A stretch of DNA of 63,328 nt, the filler included, from Octopus bimaculoides (taxonomy: Eukaryota): NCBI RefSeq assembly GCF_001194135.2. It is 7 parts of 6 records of this genome, joined end to end, with 100 filler letters (N's around TTAATTAATTAA, not from the genome) between each part and the next. Parts side by side here need not be neighbours in the genome. Positions count along the whole stretch, not along the records: positions 31,238 to 39,641 come from NC_068981.1; positions 39,742 to 44,186 come from NC_069002.1; positions 44,287 to 55,886 come from NC_068981.1; 4 more parts are not named here. One strand, 5' to 3'. Numbering within the stretch: position 1 is the stretch's first letter; every line of letters begins with the position of its first letter. A program made the position numbers and the translations under genes. The notes beneath the pieces were generated by a model. That model was given only the letters and a program-made list of their open reading frames with translations, did no database searches and had not been told where the DNA came from. Shown in pieces: positions 36,992-50,583 of this stretch.

Positions 36992-38364
36992 GTGTGTATA
37001 CACTTTATTTAAAAGCAGCAGAAATATAACAAAAGCTGTTACTCAGAGTTTCACGTTCCCGTTCGTATTATGCCTTCATAGTAATACATACCTCTCAATA
37101 TGTATGTGTGTGTGAGTGTTCACGTATGTGTGCGTGTGTGTATATAAACACATATACCTATATACACGTATACACATATATGCACATGTATATATGCACA
37201 CAGATACACACACAAACACACACACATAAACTTAAGCACATACAAACATTTTTTGACATAATTTTGTTTTTTGCAAATATGCAAATGAATGCTTTCAATT
37301 TAGCAGTGATTTTGATAAACTAAAAATGTGATACATATGAGCAATAATATAATGGAAAACATATATAGATCACAGAAGTATCATCAGTGATTTACCTCAT
37401 TACTTAGAAAATACCTTGCAAGTCACAGCTACAAAATGTATATCTTCCCTGCAATGGGTCATTTGGTTGATGCGGTAGTTGATTAAATCTATCCAGAATC
37501 CTACATGTATATTTATTATATTCCACTCTAAGCAGTTCAAGGACGGAAATTTTGTGGGGTGGGTTTAGTCAATTAGATCGAACCAGTACACAACTGATAC
37601 TTGATTAATCCGAGAGGATGAAAGGCAAAGTCGAACTCGGAGGAAATTGAACTCAGAATGTAAAGATTGCGAACGTGTTTATTTATGTATTTTTCATATT
37701 CAGTTTTGAACGTGGCTGGACAAGTTCTATAGAAAAAAAGTATTTTGTATTATCAACATGGTTATTAAAACTCTATGCTGTATTAAAAATAAAGGTAGCC
37801 TTAAGAGATATAAGTAATGGAATCAAGTCTAATATCAGCTGCATTAACTTGTAATACCGTTAAAATGTCATATTTCATCTACTACGTCTTATAAGTTAGC
37901 TGGCATGCCGCAAGTTTTGTAGAAAGTCTTTATAAAACAATGTTTCTAATAGCACCTACATTTTATTTCTCGAGTATTGGTTTTGAAATTTAACTGGATT
38001 TATGTTGGGAATCTGTTTGGCATTTTCTATCTGCGAAATCAGTGAAGTATGTAACTAGTTCCCAAGCCACTCTCCACTAAGAAATATTTAAAGAACCTCA
38101 AGCACTATCTTCCAGAGAAACATGAGTGATATTTGGCATTTGTTTTGCTTTCTCCTACATGATAAGTTCTTATTTCTTTCACTAATAAATATTTATACAT
38201 ATATGTACTCAAGAAAATTCTAGGCGAAATTTCAATCTCCGCATCGCTCGTTCACACACTAAAGTCTTTCATTGCCGTTTAAGAGAGAATAGAATATGGA
38301 TGACTTGTTTTACTTCTTATATCTATATTGAGTTCTCTCTTTATAAACTATACAAACTGCGTAC

Positions 38365-38402
38365 GTGTGTGTGTGCGTGTGTGTGTGTGTATGTGTGTGT
38401 GT

Positions 38403-38486
<84 letters not shown>

Positions 38487-38488
38487 GT
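38365..38488. repeat. (GT)n microsatellite
   Basis: Directly visible. Confidence 0.95.
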
Positions 38489-38949
38489 AAGGACCGTCCA
38501 ATCAGGAGATGGTCACGAGGAATGGATCATTTTGCACATGGAACGGTCGATACAAATAACAAACTCGAAAAGAGGTTAAATGTATATAATTGCCAAAAAG
38601 AAAAAGAGAGACACAACCGGTAGAAGGTTTGAGAGAAGGTTTTATTGATATGTCAGCAAGTGTATCTGTGTGTGTGAGTACGATATATAAACACAATAAT
38701 AGACAGGCCGTCATGCAAACAAAGTGTATGTGTATACAAATAAGGATATATGTGTGTGCGAAAAATACAGAGCATAGAAAAGAATCTATAAGGACGTTAG
38801 AAGAAAGTCCAGACACAAGAATGATATAATGCAAGTTTGTAGTCAAGGTACACAGTGGTTGAGGTGCTGTAACAATAAGTTGTAGTGGCAAGGCAGAGCC
38901 GATGAGAGATACTGCCGCACAAGAAGGCTGACAAAACTGTGACGGTGAA

Positions 38950-39325
38950 AAGCTAGCTATTTATAACATCCTGTCGGCTCAAGCTGTGGTTCAGAAAAGA
39001 CAGTCGCACGTGACCTTATATGAAAGCTGCAATTGGTTGGGTTGCACCCTGGCGTGAAAATAGAACAGGAGACAAAATGCGCCAATACTAGCCAATCAGA
39101 GTGGTGTACACAACGGGGTTCAAAACTGCGGCCGAATTCTAGCTGTTATCAAGGAACATCTGAACACGAGAGCGTCCTCCTTCAGAAACCTCAAGACAGA
39201 TGCCGGTACACCAACAATTGTATAACACTCGCAATTGAGGCTAATGAAAGAAATTTGGATAATTTAAGAATTAAGGAAGCTATATTCATACAGAGACTAG
39301 AGCCCTAAATTAACAACAGGCTTGA
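38950..39325 (+). mobile_element. Penelope-like element remnant (GIY-YIG endonuclease C-terminal part)
   Basis: AIYNI..., IKEHL, and LAIEANERNLDNLRIKEAIFIQRLEP*IN, resembling the Penelope C-terminal ..IL..E....R.IKEA..I....P.LN pattern. Confidence 0.6.
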
Positions 39326-39641
39326 GGTTACTCTTTTATTTGTTTCAGTCCTTTGACTGCGGCCATGCTGGAGCACCGCCTTGGTAATGAATATATTATT
39401 TAGCTCTTTCATTTATATAAAATAGATGTTTTTTTGGGGGGGGGTGTTTAGAAGAGAACATTGTTTTTGCTTTTTGGGGTGAGGTTCCAAGACAATGGAG
39501 ATGGATAGATAGAAATATAGGCAGGTAGATAGACTGATAGATAGATAGGTAGGTAGGTAGATATATATATATATATATAGATAGATAGATAGATAGATAT
39601 GTTTCTTTATTAGCCACACAGGGCTCAACATAGAGCGGACA

Positions 39642-39741
39642 NNNNNNNNNNNNNNNNNNNNNNNNNNNNNNNNNNNNNNNNNNNNTTAATTAATTAANNN
39701 NNNNNNNNNNNNNNNNNNNNNNNNNNNNNNNNNNNNNNNNN
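39642..39741. other. Artificial scaffold-join spacer
   Basis: 44N + TTAATTAATTAA (39686-39697) + 44N. Confidence 0.97.
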
Positions 39742-39957
39742 ATATATATATATATATGTCATGTGTATGCATTTAACTAAGACCATGCTTATTTGTTAAT
39801 ACCCTGTATGTGTGTGTATGTGTGTGTGTGCGCGCGCACGCACATAGAGATTCGTATATATGTGAATTGTTTTCTCTCCGTTAATATAAACTTACATTCC
39901 TAATAAAGTTTAAACATACAAGGGAAATACCATCCCCGCCGCCCTCTTTATTGAATT

Positions 39958-40155
39958 CATACAACAACAACAACAACAGCAACCACAATCACAGCAAGAA
40001 CAGTAATAACAACAACTACAACAAAATGAAGGCGGACTACATCCACGTCAGCAACAACAAAATTTGTGATAACATTAATAATATATACAATAATAATTAG
40101 AAGAATAACTACAGTAATAATAATGTTACTAATAGTAAGAACAACAATTTTGCTG

Positions 40156-40205
<50 letters not shown>

Positions 40206-40287
40206 CAATAATAATAATGATAATATTTGATAATAATAATAATCATCATAATAATAATAATAATAAAAATAATAATAATAATGATAT

Positions 40288-40370
<83 letters not shown>

Positions 40371-40479
40371 AAGAAGAAGACGAAGAAGAAGAAGAAGAAG
40401 AAGAAGAAGAAGAAGAAGAAGAAGAAGAAGAAGAAGAAGAAGAAGAAGAAGAAGAAGACGACGAAATATTATGATTCTG

Positions 40480-40544
<65 letters not shown>

Positions 40545-40545
40545 T
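39958..40545. repeat. Compound trinucleotide array (AAC)-(AAT)n-(AAG)n-(ATT)n
   Basis: (AAT)n ~40160-40340, (AAG)n ~40341-40460, (TTA)n ~40475-40545. Confidence 0.95.
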
Positions 40546-41135
40546 CAATATAATTGTTTTTGATTAAAAAATTTCACACTCATCGTCATCATCGTCACCA
40601 TCATCATGATCATCATGATCATCATCCTCCTCCTCATCATCATCATCATGTTCATCACTATCACCATCACTATCATCATCGTCATTATTATCAGTCATTT
40701 CACTTCACTGTCTGATTTTTATTTTTATTATTAATTTATTTTTTTAATGGAAAGAGAGAGATTAGGGGTCTTCTATTGATATCTTCCTAAATTCGTTTGA
40801 AATTTAATAGAAGTCACTATATATTCAATTTAAAACTGGTTTATATATGATTTCTGTTTACATTTTATTTTCACTCTACCTGCAGTTGCTGTCGTTGTTG
40901 TTTTGTGATTTGAGTTGTTGATTTTGGCAGTTAGTATTGTTGTTTTGTATTGCGTAGATGCAGTTTATTTTATTCCATTTTATTTTCATTCTACCTTTTA
41001 TTTTATTTCGCAATATTTATGTCAGTGTTATTTTTCTCTCGTTTGAACTATCTCTGTCAAACGTATTCTCGTACATAGACATATACATCCATACACTTGT
41101 ATATACATACACACGCACATAAGTATATATGTATG

Positions 41136-41168
<33 letters not shown>

Positions 41169-41445
41169 NNNNNNNNNNNNNNNNNNNNNNNNNNNNNNNN
41201 NNNNNNNNNNNNNNNNNNNNNNNNNNNNNNNNNNNNNNNNNNNNNNNNNNNNNNNNNNNNNNNNNNNNTATATATATATATGTATGTATATATATATACG
41301 CACACACACATATAAGCGAACGGTGATAATGAATGCTCAATATTGCATTTTGCGGTTAAATATATCCTCATAAATATTTTATTACTTTACACACAATGTG
41401 CAGATATATGTGTGTGTATGTGTGTTCCTGTATACACACACACAA

Positions 41446-41478
<33 letters not shown>

Positions 41479-42093
41479 CAATTATGTGCTTGCGTGTGTG
41501 TGCTCCTACAGATGCATCTACGCATAATGCATGTAATGTGTGCGCCTATACATGATGCACGATATTGTAGCCCGTCTCAACTTACATTCACTGTGTACGT
41601 GTGTGCGTACAACTAAACGAACAGGTAATCGAACGGTGTATGTCGCGAGCGAGGGAATGTTAGAATGGCAGTTTGTGGAGATGAGAATCCAATTCTCTTA
41701 TTCCGCCGATTCACAGCTGCATGTTAGTAATTTGTCATTTTAGTCTTGACGTAACAACCAATTACAGTTTTGTCCGAGCCCGCTAGGAATGCTGGGTAAA
41801 TTATTTGTACGACAATTATAACATTGCTTAACATACATACGCAGATGCTGGCGCGATTGTTATCATTTATATTGTGTGTGTGTGTGTGTGTGTATGTATA
41901 TATGTATGCATGTATGTATGTATGTGTGTATGTATATATGTGCGCACGTGTGTATGCACGTATGTATACGTACGTATGCATGTATGTCTACAAACATGCA
42001 ACTACATATTCACATATGCGTACGTACATATACATACGTATATTTGTATGGGTATGTGTACATATAGATATATATCTATATACCCACAAGCAA

Positions 42094-42142
<49 letters not shown>

Positions 42143-43099
42143 NNNNNNNNNNNNNNNNNNNNNNNNNNNNNNNNNNNNNNNNNNNNNNNNNNNNNNNNNN
42201 NNNNNNNNNNNNNNNNNNNNNNNNNNNNNNNNNNNNNNNNNNNNNNNNNNNNNNNNNNNNNNNNNNNNNNNNNNNNNNNNNNNNNNNNNNNNNNNNNNNN
42301 NNNNNNNNNNNNNNNNNNNNNNNNNNNNNNNNNNNNNNNNNNNNNNNNNNNNNNNNNNNNNNNNNNNNNNNNNNNNNNNNNNNNNNNNNNNNNNNNNNNN
42401 NNNNNNNNNNNNNNNNNNNNNNNNNNNNNNNNNNNNNNNNNNNNNNNNNNNNNNNNNNNNNNNNNNNNNNNNNNNNNNNNNNNNNNNNNNNNNNNNNNNN
42501 NNNNNNNNNNNNNNNNNNNNNNNNNNNNNNNNNNNNNNNNNNNNNNNNNNNNNNNNNNNNNNNNNNNNNNNNNNNNNNNNNNNNNNNNNNNNNNNNNNNN
42601 NNNNNNNNNNNNNNNNNNNNNNNNNNNNNNNNNNNNNNNNNNNNNNNNNNNNNNNNNNNNNNNNNNNNNNNNNNNNNNNNNNNNNNNNNNNNNNNNNNNN
42701 NNNNNNNNNNNNNNNNNNNNNNNNNNNNNNNNNNNNNNNNNNNNNNNNNNNNNNNNNNNNNNNNNNNNNNNNNNNNNNNNNNNNNNNNNNNNNNNNNNNN
42801 NNNNNNNNNNNNNNNNNNNNNNNNNNNNNNNNNNNNNNNNNNNNNNNNNNNNNNNNNNNNNNNNNNNNNNNNNNNNNNNNNNNNNNNNNNNNNNNNNNTA
42901 TACATATATATATTGTGGGTGGGGGGACGACTAGTCGATTACATCAACCCCAGTGTTTCACTGGTATTTGATTTACTGATCCCGAAAGGATGAAAAGGCG
43001 AAGTCGACCTCGGCGGAATTTGAACTCAGAACGTAAGAACGAACGAAATGCCATTAAGCATTTTGCCCAGCGTACTACAGATTCTGCCAGCTCTCCATT

Positions 43100-43116
43100 T
43101 TAATAATAATAATAAC

Positions 43117-43167
<51 letters not shown>

Positions 43168-43336
43168 TAGGAGGAGGTGGGGTGATGGGGAAGATGAAGG
43201 AGAATACGAACAATAATATAAGTAGATCACAGGAACACGAAAATCGAAAATTCAAGAAAAGAACTTTAAAAAGAAGAAGAAGAAGAAGAAGAAGAAGAAG
43301 AAGAAGAAGAAGAAGAAGAAGAAGAAGAAGAAGAAG

Positions 43337-43378
<42 letters not shown>

Positions 43379-43380
43379 AA
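43100..43380. repeat. Compound trinucleotide array (AAT)n ... (AAG)n-(AAC)n
   Basis: Directly visible; flanks a SINE head. Confidence 0.95.
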
Positions 43381-43998
43381 CTGTAGCAGCAGTAACAACA
43401 AAAACAGCAACAAGACATCGGCGAAGAGAGGAAGCAGTAGAGTTAGGAGCAAGAGGAAAGATGAAAATGTGGACGCCCGCCATGTTTTTCCATCACAGCT
43501 AAGGTAATCGAATCTCCTTTGTTGAAGAGCTCTTTGCAAGTGATATTGCACTTTGACTGGCTTTCCTAAGGAAACATCCGGGTACGTTACAGTTCTTCTA
43601 TTCTATAGGCTATCATTAGAATAGAATCAATCTGCCTTAGTTTCCTGTTGGAGTCTCAACTCTACAAGACAGACCAATTTCATGCCACTCATTGTTGCCA
43701 TAATAGATATTTCTGGATTGCTATATTTAATGTGTGGCATTTTATTTTATGATGTTATTATTATGCTGAGAATCTTAACGCATTCGCATACACACCATAC
43801 CGCATACGCCGGCAAATTGTGTGTGTGTGTGTGTGTGTGCGTGTGTGTGATTGCGTGCGTGTGAGTGTGTGGGTGTGTGTGTGTGTCTTTATCCTTCGGT
43901 TCAATGAGTAAGACTTTACTGTACAGTATGTTTATAAACATCAAAATTTGTATCTATATGACGTGATACATAACATTATTTCTCTCTTTCTCTCTCTT

Positions 43999-44040
<42 letters not shown>

Positions 44041-44042
44041 CC

Positions 44043-44104
<62 letters not shown>

Positions 44105-44186
44105 ATAACTATCTACCTACCTACTTACCTACCTACTTATCTATCTATCTATCTATATATCTATCTATCTATCTATCTATCTATTT

Positions 44187-44286
44187 NNNNNNNNNNNNNN
44201 NNNNNNNNNNNNNNNNNNNNNNNNNNNNNNTTAATTAATTAANNNNNNNNNNNNNNNNNNNNNNNNNNNNNNNNNNNNNNNNNNNN
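44187..44286. other. Artificial scaffold-join spacer
   Basis: 44N + TTAATTAATTAA (44231-44242) + 44N. Confidence 0.97.
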
Positions 44287-44307
44287 TATATATATATATA
44301 TATATAT

Positions 44308-44538
44308 GGCGGCGAGCTGGCAGAATCGTTAGCATGCCGGACGAAATTCTTTACGGTATTTCGTCTGCCGTTACGTTCTGAGTTCACATTCCGCCGAGGT
44401 CGACTTTGCCTTTCATCCTTTCGAGGTCGATTAGATAAGTACCAGTTACACACTGGGGGTCGATGTAATCGACTTAATCCCTTTGTCTGTCCTTGTTTGT
44501 CCCCTCTGTGTTTAGCCCCCTGTGGGCAATAAAGGAAA
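44308..44538 (+). mobile_element. Full-length, CpG-intact Meta-domain-like SINE within (TA)n
   Basis: ggcggcgagctggcagaatcgttagcatgccggacg...gtgggcaataaagg. Confidence 0.92.
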
Positions 44539-44719
44539 ATATATACATATATATATATGTATGTATGTATGTGTGTATTTAAGTATGTATGTATATATAT
44601 GTATGCATGTATGAATGCATATACCTGTGCGTATGTATCTTTGTGTCTGTGTTTGTGAGGAAATTGTGAGATGATTGCAGTTCAATATATATTGAAATTC
44701 AATCATCACATATAGGTCT

Positions 44720-45319
44720 TTTGGATGATGATGATGATCATCGTCGGCATGATCATTAGCGTCTTTGTCATTACCACTAACATTATTACTACCATCGGTA
44801 AACCCTAACACGACCATCACCAATAAAACCATCAGCATCCCTGTCATCATTATGATCATCTTCATCTTTATTATCCTTAATGTTCATCACGATCCTCCTC
44901 CTCCTCCTCCTCCCTATCATCGTCGCCGTCATTACGGTCGACATCGTCGTTGTCGCCATCATTATCCTCATCACCAGCACCATCATCATCCCCACCACAA
45001 CAGGCATCAGCATCGTTATTTTCATTTTCATTTTATCACCTTTATCTTCTTCCCCCGCATCCTCATCAATATCACCTTCAGTAGCATCATCAACATCATC
45101 ATCGTCACCATCATCGCCATCACTACGATCATAGCAGCTTCATTGTCACTATCACCATCATCTCGATCATTTTCATATCTAAAATCTTTATCATCTTCGT
45201 CCACGTTATTATCCCTTCTTCCCCTTCCTCCTCGTCATCATCACCATCATCGTCATCATCATGATCATCATGATCATCTTCATCATCATCATCAACTTCA
45301 CCATCTTCATCAACTTCAC

Positions 45320-45357
<38 letters not shown>

Positions 45358-45360
45358 GTC
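44720..45360. repeat. Degenerate (CAT)n low-complexity tract
   Basis: cat/cac/cgt triplets; produces spurious His/Ile/Ser-rich ORFs. Confidence 0.9.
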
Positions 45361-47700
45361 TTTTTCCATCTTCATACCTGTCGACATTTTTCTTGCTGTC
45401 ATCATTATAAATGATATTAACAAGTCCCCCCCACCAAAAAAAAATGAAAACAATACAAAAAGAAAATCAATAAAAACAACTTTCTGTAAACCATTCCTGG
45501 TTCTACAAATTATATAGAATTCTGTGGATAACATCGGAAATAAGGTCGTTAGTGATAAATTAACCCCATTATCGTTAAACAGACTGATTAGCTCTACACT
45601 TAAACTGTCATGTTATCGTGTCACTTTAAAAATTATATTAACGTCATGTTCAAACAGGAATATTAGCGTACCATTTATAGAGTCAGTTTCGTATTTTAGT
45701 GATGGAGTGGCAGTTTCGTTAACGTGTTGTCCACAACTTGTGTCTAATCTAGTATTATAGCTCAGTAGTTCACCAATCTAGAAATATACAGACGATAGAT
45801 TTTTTTTTTTCAAGGAAGCGATTTGGCCAAATCGTTAGCATGCCAGGCAAAGTGCTTAGCGGCATTTCGTCTGTAGGTACGTTCTGAGTTCAAATTCTGT
45901 CGGGCGGACTTTGCGTTTCAATTTTTCGGGGTCGATAAAATAAATACCAGATGAGCATTGGAATCAATGAAATCGTTTTAAGCTTTCCCTTGAAATTACT
46001 GGACTTCTACCGCAATTTCAAACCAATATTTCATTTAATGTTTATTCCGGGCCCCACGGGAATTGGAGTAAATTGTGGGTGGGAAGGAAGTTGTCTGAAA
46101 GTGGACATCTGGTTAGAATGCTTGTTATAGACTGGTCGTCGCTAAAGAGGAAAGAGATGCTTAGGTGCAGCTGGTTGGCCGCTGACTGGACATCGAGCGT
46201 CTTTTGTCGAAAGTACGTTTTAGCACTGGAGGCAAGTACATGTCACATATACACACGCGTACGGACGTACGCATAGGAATATACTTGTAGAGATAGAAAG
46301 AGGGAAGGAGAGAGAGAGTGGGGTACAAGTTATTGATTACGTTTTTCATGTTTTAGTCATTAAACCGCGGCCATGCTACAGCACCGCCCTGAAGAATTTT
46401 TAGGCAAATGAATCGATCCCAGTACTTTTATTTGTTTTATGTGTGGTACGTAATTTATCATTCTATTTTGCCGAAATGTTAAGTTACGCGGATGTGAAAA
46501 AACCAACACTGGTTGTCAAGCTGTGATGGGGGCGACAAACACAGACACAAAGACATGCATGCAAGCATATGCGCGCGCACACACACACACGCACACAGAC
46601 AAATAAAAAAAATTCTACTTATTTGATCGACTCATCAGCTGAGCCGTTAATCTAGTTAAATACCTAAAGCATTTATCAAACGGTAGAAGAAAGGGGGGGC
46701 TTCCGCCATTACCACCGTCCTAGACTACAACTTTATTTATTTATCGACCTCGAAAATTAAAGTCGATCTCGTCGAGATTTGAAACCAACTCGTGACCTAC
46801 CTCAATTGAATTAACTCTTCCTCGCAACCGGTGTTATTAAAATCAATAGAAGTTATATGTTAAGAACATTCATTTTGTTTCACTTCCACCATCTTAGTAG
46901 AATACTGGATACAACTGTAACTTAACTACATAGCATGGAAATGTAACAACAGAACAGCGCTCACCATGTTCATTGAAAATATTAAGATTTAACCTTCTAC
47001 ATCGCAAATAGTGATCTTTGACTTCATCTCACTGGAGTCCATAAAATTAGTGTAAAATATTGGATTATTGCTATCGATTATATCTCTTCCGTATGATAAG
47101 ATATAACCATTAGCAATATCCTAATACTGAGTGCTGTAATAGTTATAGCAATGTCATACAGAAGCGTGCATAGTATCTACGTGGTTTTGGAAACATAGTC
47201 TCGAGATGAGTGCTGTATCGATGTAGAACCTGCACAGAAAACATACTGTGTATATATAATACGTACGCTGTTAGTTTATGTGTGTGTAACACTCTCTCTC
47301 TCTTTGTCTTTCTCTTCAAAATATATATGTATGTATGTACATATATATATATATATANNNNNNNNNNNNNNNNNNNNNNNNNNNNNNNNNNNNNNNNNNN
47401 NNNNNNNNNNNNNNNNNNNNNNNNNNNNNNNNNNNNNNNNNNNNNNNNNNNNNNNNNNNNNNNNNNNNNNNNNNNNNNNNNNNNNNNNNNNNNNNNNNNN
47501 NNNNNNNNNNNNNNNNNNNNNNNNNNNNNNNNNNNNNNNNNNNNNNNNNNNNNNNNNNNNNNNNNNNNNNNNNNNNNNNNNNNNNNNNNNNATATATATA
47601 TATATATATATACATTATTATTTCTAAATCTTTCAAGGTGAGATGTTCACTAACAGTTCTTTAAAGTAAAGGATATTTGCAACCATGATGCGGCTGTGAT

Positions 47701-47871
47701 GGACGGGACAAATGTCACTGTTGTTTAGTCCCAGGGAACATCACTTCCAGCTGGTTATACGATACAATATCTGTGTCTTTTTCGAAAATATAAGGACACA
47801 GATATTGTGTCGTATAGCCAGCTGGAAACGGTGTTTCCTGGGGCTAAACCACAGTAACATTTGTCCCTTCC
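47701..47871. mobile_element. Foldback/palindromic MITE-like element with ~80-bp inverted arms
   Basis: Arms 47701-47780 and ~47792-47871 are reverse complements with about 11 differences. Confidence 0.8.
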
Positions 47872-49794
47872 AGGACAGTCACATTATGTTGGCAATTTTT
47901 TATATTTAGTCATATACCTACATGTGCACACGTGTGAATCCGTGGATATACATGTATTAGTGTGGCTATATCTGTGTATTCATGTATATACTGCATTTCT
48001 TTTCATCAGCATTCTTATTTACGTGGGCGTAATTATGCATGTATAACTTTAAATGTTTCCTTATTTCTTGAGCCTGAAGTGCAGCTTTACCTTTAGACAA
48101 ATAGAATTCGATACAAAATTTTCGAGACAAAATTATGAATTTGGGTTGGATATTAATGGCAAAATTCCTTTAAAGCTGCTGCTCAGAATGGCCGTTGTTC
48201 AAAGACTAAAAAAAAACTAGCAATAAAGACAGATTTCCTCTCTAACATATCATTCATATAAACCAACCCAGCCCTAAATCAAGTGACTTAGCACCGTTCC
48301 TTCGTAAGTTTTTTATAACATTGGTGAGTGGTTTGTTTCTTTTGTCAACTTGCATGTTTCGAATTTCAAATAATATTTACGCTTCTAAATCTCTCCGCAA
48401 TACCACTGCGCCAGAAATCTCTATAAGTTTAACAGAAATAATTTTATAGATTGTGTTTATCAGTCAAACAGAAAACTATCTCTTTATTTGCATCATTAAA
48501 ACGAACACTGTCTTCCGAACATATAAGATTACTCTATGAAATATTAACATTACCGATATTTGAACGCTTGATAGAAAATGTTATAAACTAGAGAGCATTT
48601 CAGAAATCCTTACGCATTGTAACTCTTAACTGTAAGTTGCAGCCGATTATGGCGCTGAATTGCCTTTATACATAAAGTTGTATAACCGAAAGGATTACAA
48701 TAAAAGTTTTATCTGTAAAGGTAAATGTTAATATGTTTGTCTCAAGATGATTTTGATTCAGAAGCGAAGCAAGATTCGGTGGAAGCCAAGAATGAAAGAA
48801 ATGCCCTCTTATAGATGTCAACGGAAATAAAACGAAAATTGCAATTCCTTTTCTTCGATAAAACACAAAAACTACTTAGAATCTACTTTATCCTTAAAAT
48901 ATCACTTATTCTTAGAGAAGCCAATACCAACATTTTAAATTATAAAAACATTTCGAAGTAGATAACACCTCTTTGATTATATTTCAGGAAACACTGAATA
49001 AGACTAAACCGCAACCCAAATCTTGCTATCAGCTAAAACCTCTGCTTATTCTTAGAGGAATCTCATCTAGCATTACAAATAATTGCCTCATTTCGAAAAA
49101 TATCTCATTTCTCTGAATAAACTCATTTGACTAAATGCAGAATAAGACTAAACATGAAATTACATTTTCCTCACACTGAAAATTTAATATTATGTATTAG
49201 ATAATGGATATAATTCAAACACCGATGTGTGGAAGAATCATCATCATCATCATCATCATCATCGTTTAACGTCCGCTTTCCATGAATGGACCATAAACAT
49301 TAATAGAATGAAGTTCTATATTTAATTTTACTCTGGCTTTAGTCACGCAAGATTGCTACCTATGTACCACCAAACTATATATATATATATATATAAATAT
49401 ATNNNNNNNNNNNNNNNNNNNNNNNNNNNNNNNTATATATATATATATATATAATACAAATAATAAATGAGTATATGCATATATACGTACATCTATGTAC
49501 ATACTTACATCTACCTGTATATATAGATGCATATCTGGGTACAGGACATCGCAAAGCGTAGACAAAATGATTATTCGGTTTATTTCAAGTTTTCTTGTCA
49601 ATAGATAAAGAACCGGTTTCTAACCTGGATTCAAGGTTCCTTCATTGGAATTTCAACATCAGCAATAGGGTATTTTTGTTTGTATGTATGTAGTTACGCA
49701 TGCATGTATGTATGTGCAGTTTTGTATGTTTTATGCATGTATTTTCATGCATATAATTGCATACCTAGACATGCTCATATATATTTAAATGATA

Positions 49795-50230
49795 AACTTC
49801 TGCAAAGTTTTAATGACTTTTCAGTTCCAGTTGTGGATTGGATCTGTAGTTTTCAATTGGCATTTAGGCAGTGTGTTACATATAATTACATGTATAAACC
49901 TGAACTTGTAATCTGGATAGAACAACTGCAGATGTCTCAATAGCTCAGCATCGGTGTTCTCTTTTTCACTGATCTTCAGCTTCATGTTAACATTCGCTAG
50001 ACAGCTAATTTCCACAACGGTGCACAGTTTCTCTTCTCCATCCCAAATAATTATATCAGGTCTTTTGTGCTTACATTGTATTAAGGACTTCACTGGTACA
50101 TTCCACCAGTATTCCTTTTTATCATGAGTGGCAATGGCTTCCACCATATTGTGGGTATGTATGTCTATTCATGTATGCTTGTATGCCATTATTCAGTTTC
50201 ATTTCGAGATTTTTTGCCAATAGAGAAAGA
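49795..50230 (-). mobile_element. R4/Dong-type restriction-like endonuclease (RLE) fragment
   Basis: EYWWNVPVK...HKRPDIIIWD..KLCTVVEISC...KISEKENT.AELL: the PD-(D/E)xK-type RLE motif of site-specific non-LTR elements. Confidence 0.82.
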
Positions 50231-50538
50231 ACGTAAGCACCAACACCGGTTGTGAAGGTATCGTAGGAAACAAACACAGACTCACTCACACAAATACACA
50301 CAAACACATACACACACATACGTACATATACCGACATACACACACACATGTATATAGTTGAAATTTGCAGAAAAACAAAATACGAAGACAAGTGTATAAA
50401 CAACAAGCAGGTGCATTAGTTTGACGCTCGGGAAGGTGAGAAAGTCTTTTACGTTTCGAACCTACGCTCTTCAACAGAAAGGAATATGAGGAAATAAACA
50501 GAGAGGGAATAAAAAAAAACGCTTTCTACACCTCTCGG

Positions 50539-50583
<45 letters not shown>

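Noticed and set aside
38490-38590. Mutator-like transposase fragment (RWS..TNNKLE)
   Set aside because: Too short, and no termini were found
41550-41810. Helitron-like CpG-rich segment with a small hairpin
   Set aside because: No clear terminal CTAG with the correct spacing and no 5-prime TC; unassigned
43596-43626. 10-bp hairpin or heat-shock-element-like ttctattcta..tagaatagaa
   Set aside because: Not alternating nGAAn units; a short AT-rich palindrome is expected by chance
44765-45517. 250-aa His/Ile/Ser-rich ORF
   Set aside because: Degenerate (CAT)n repeat that is open in several frames; no domain
46615-46645. CTGATGA-gtcgatc-AAA on the minus strand
   Set aside because: No G12 and no helix II or III pairing
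31238-50230. Dong RT and RLE fragments as one split element
   Set aside because: Domain order on the minus strand would be reversed, and they lie in different assembly blocks
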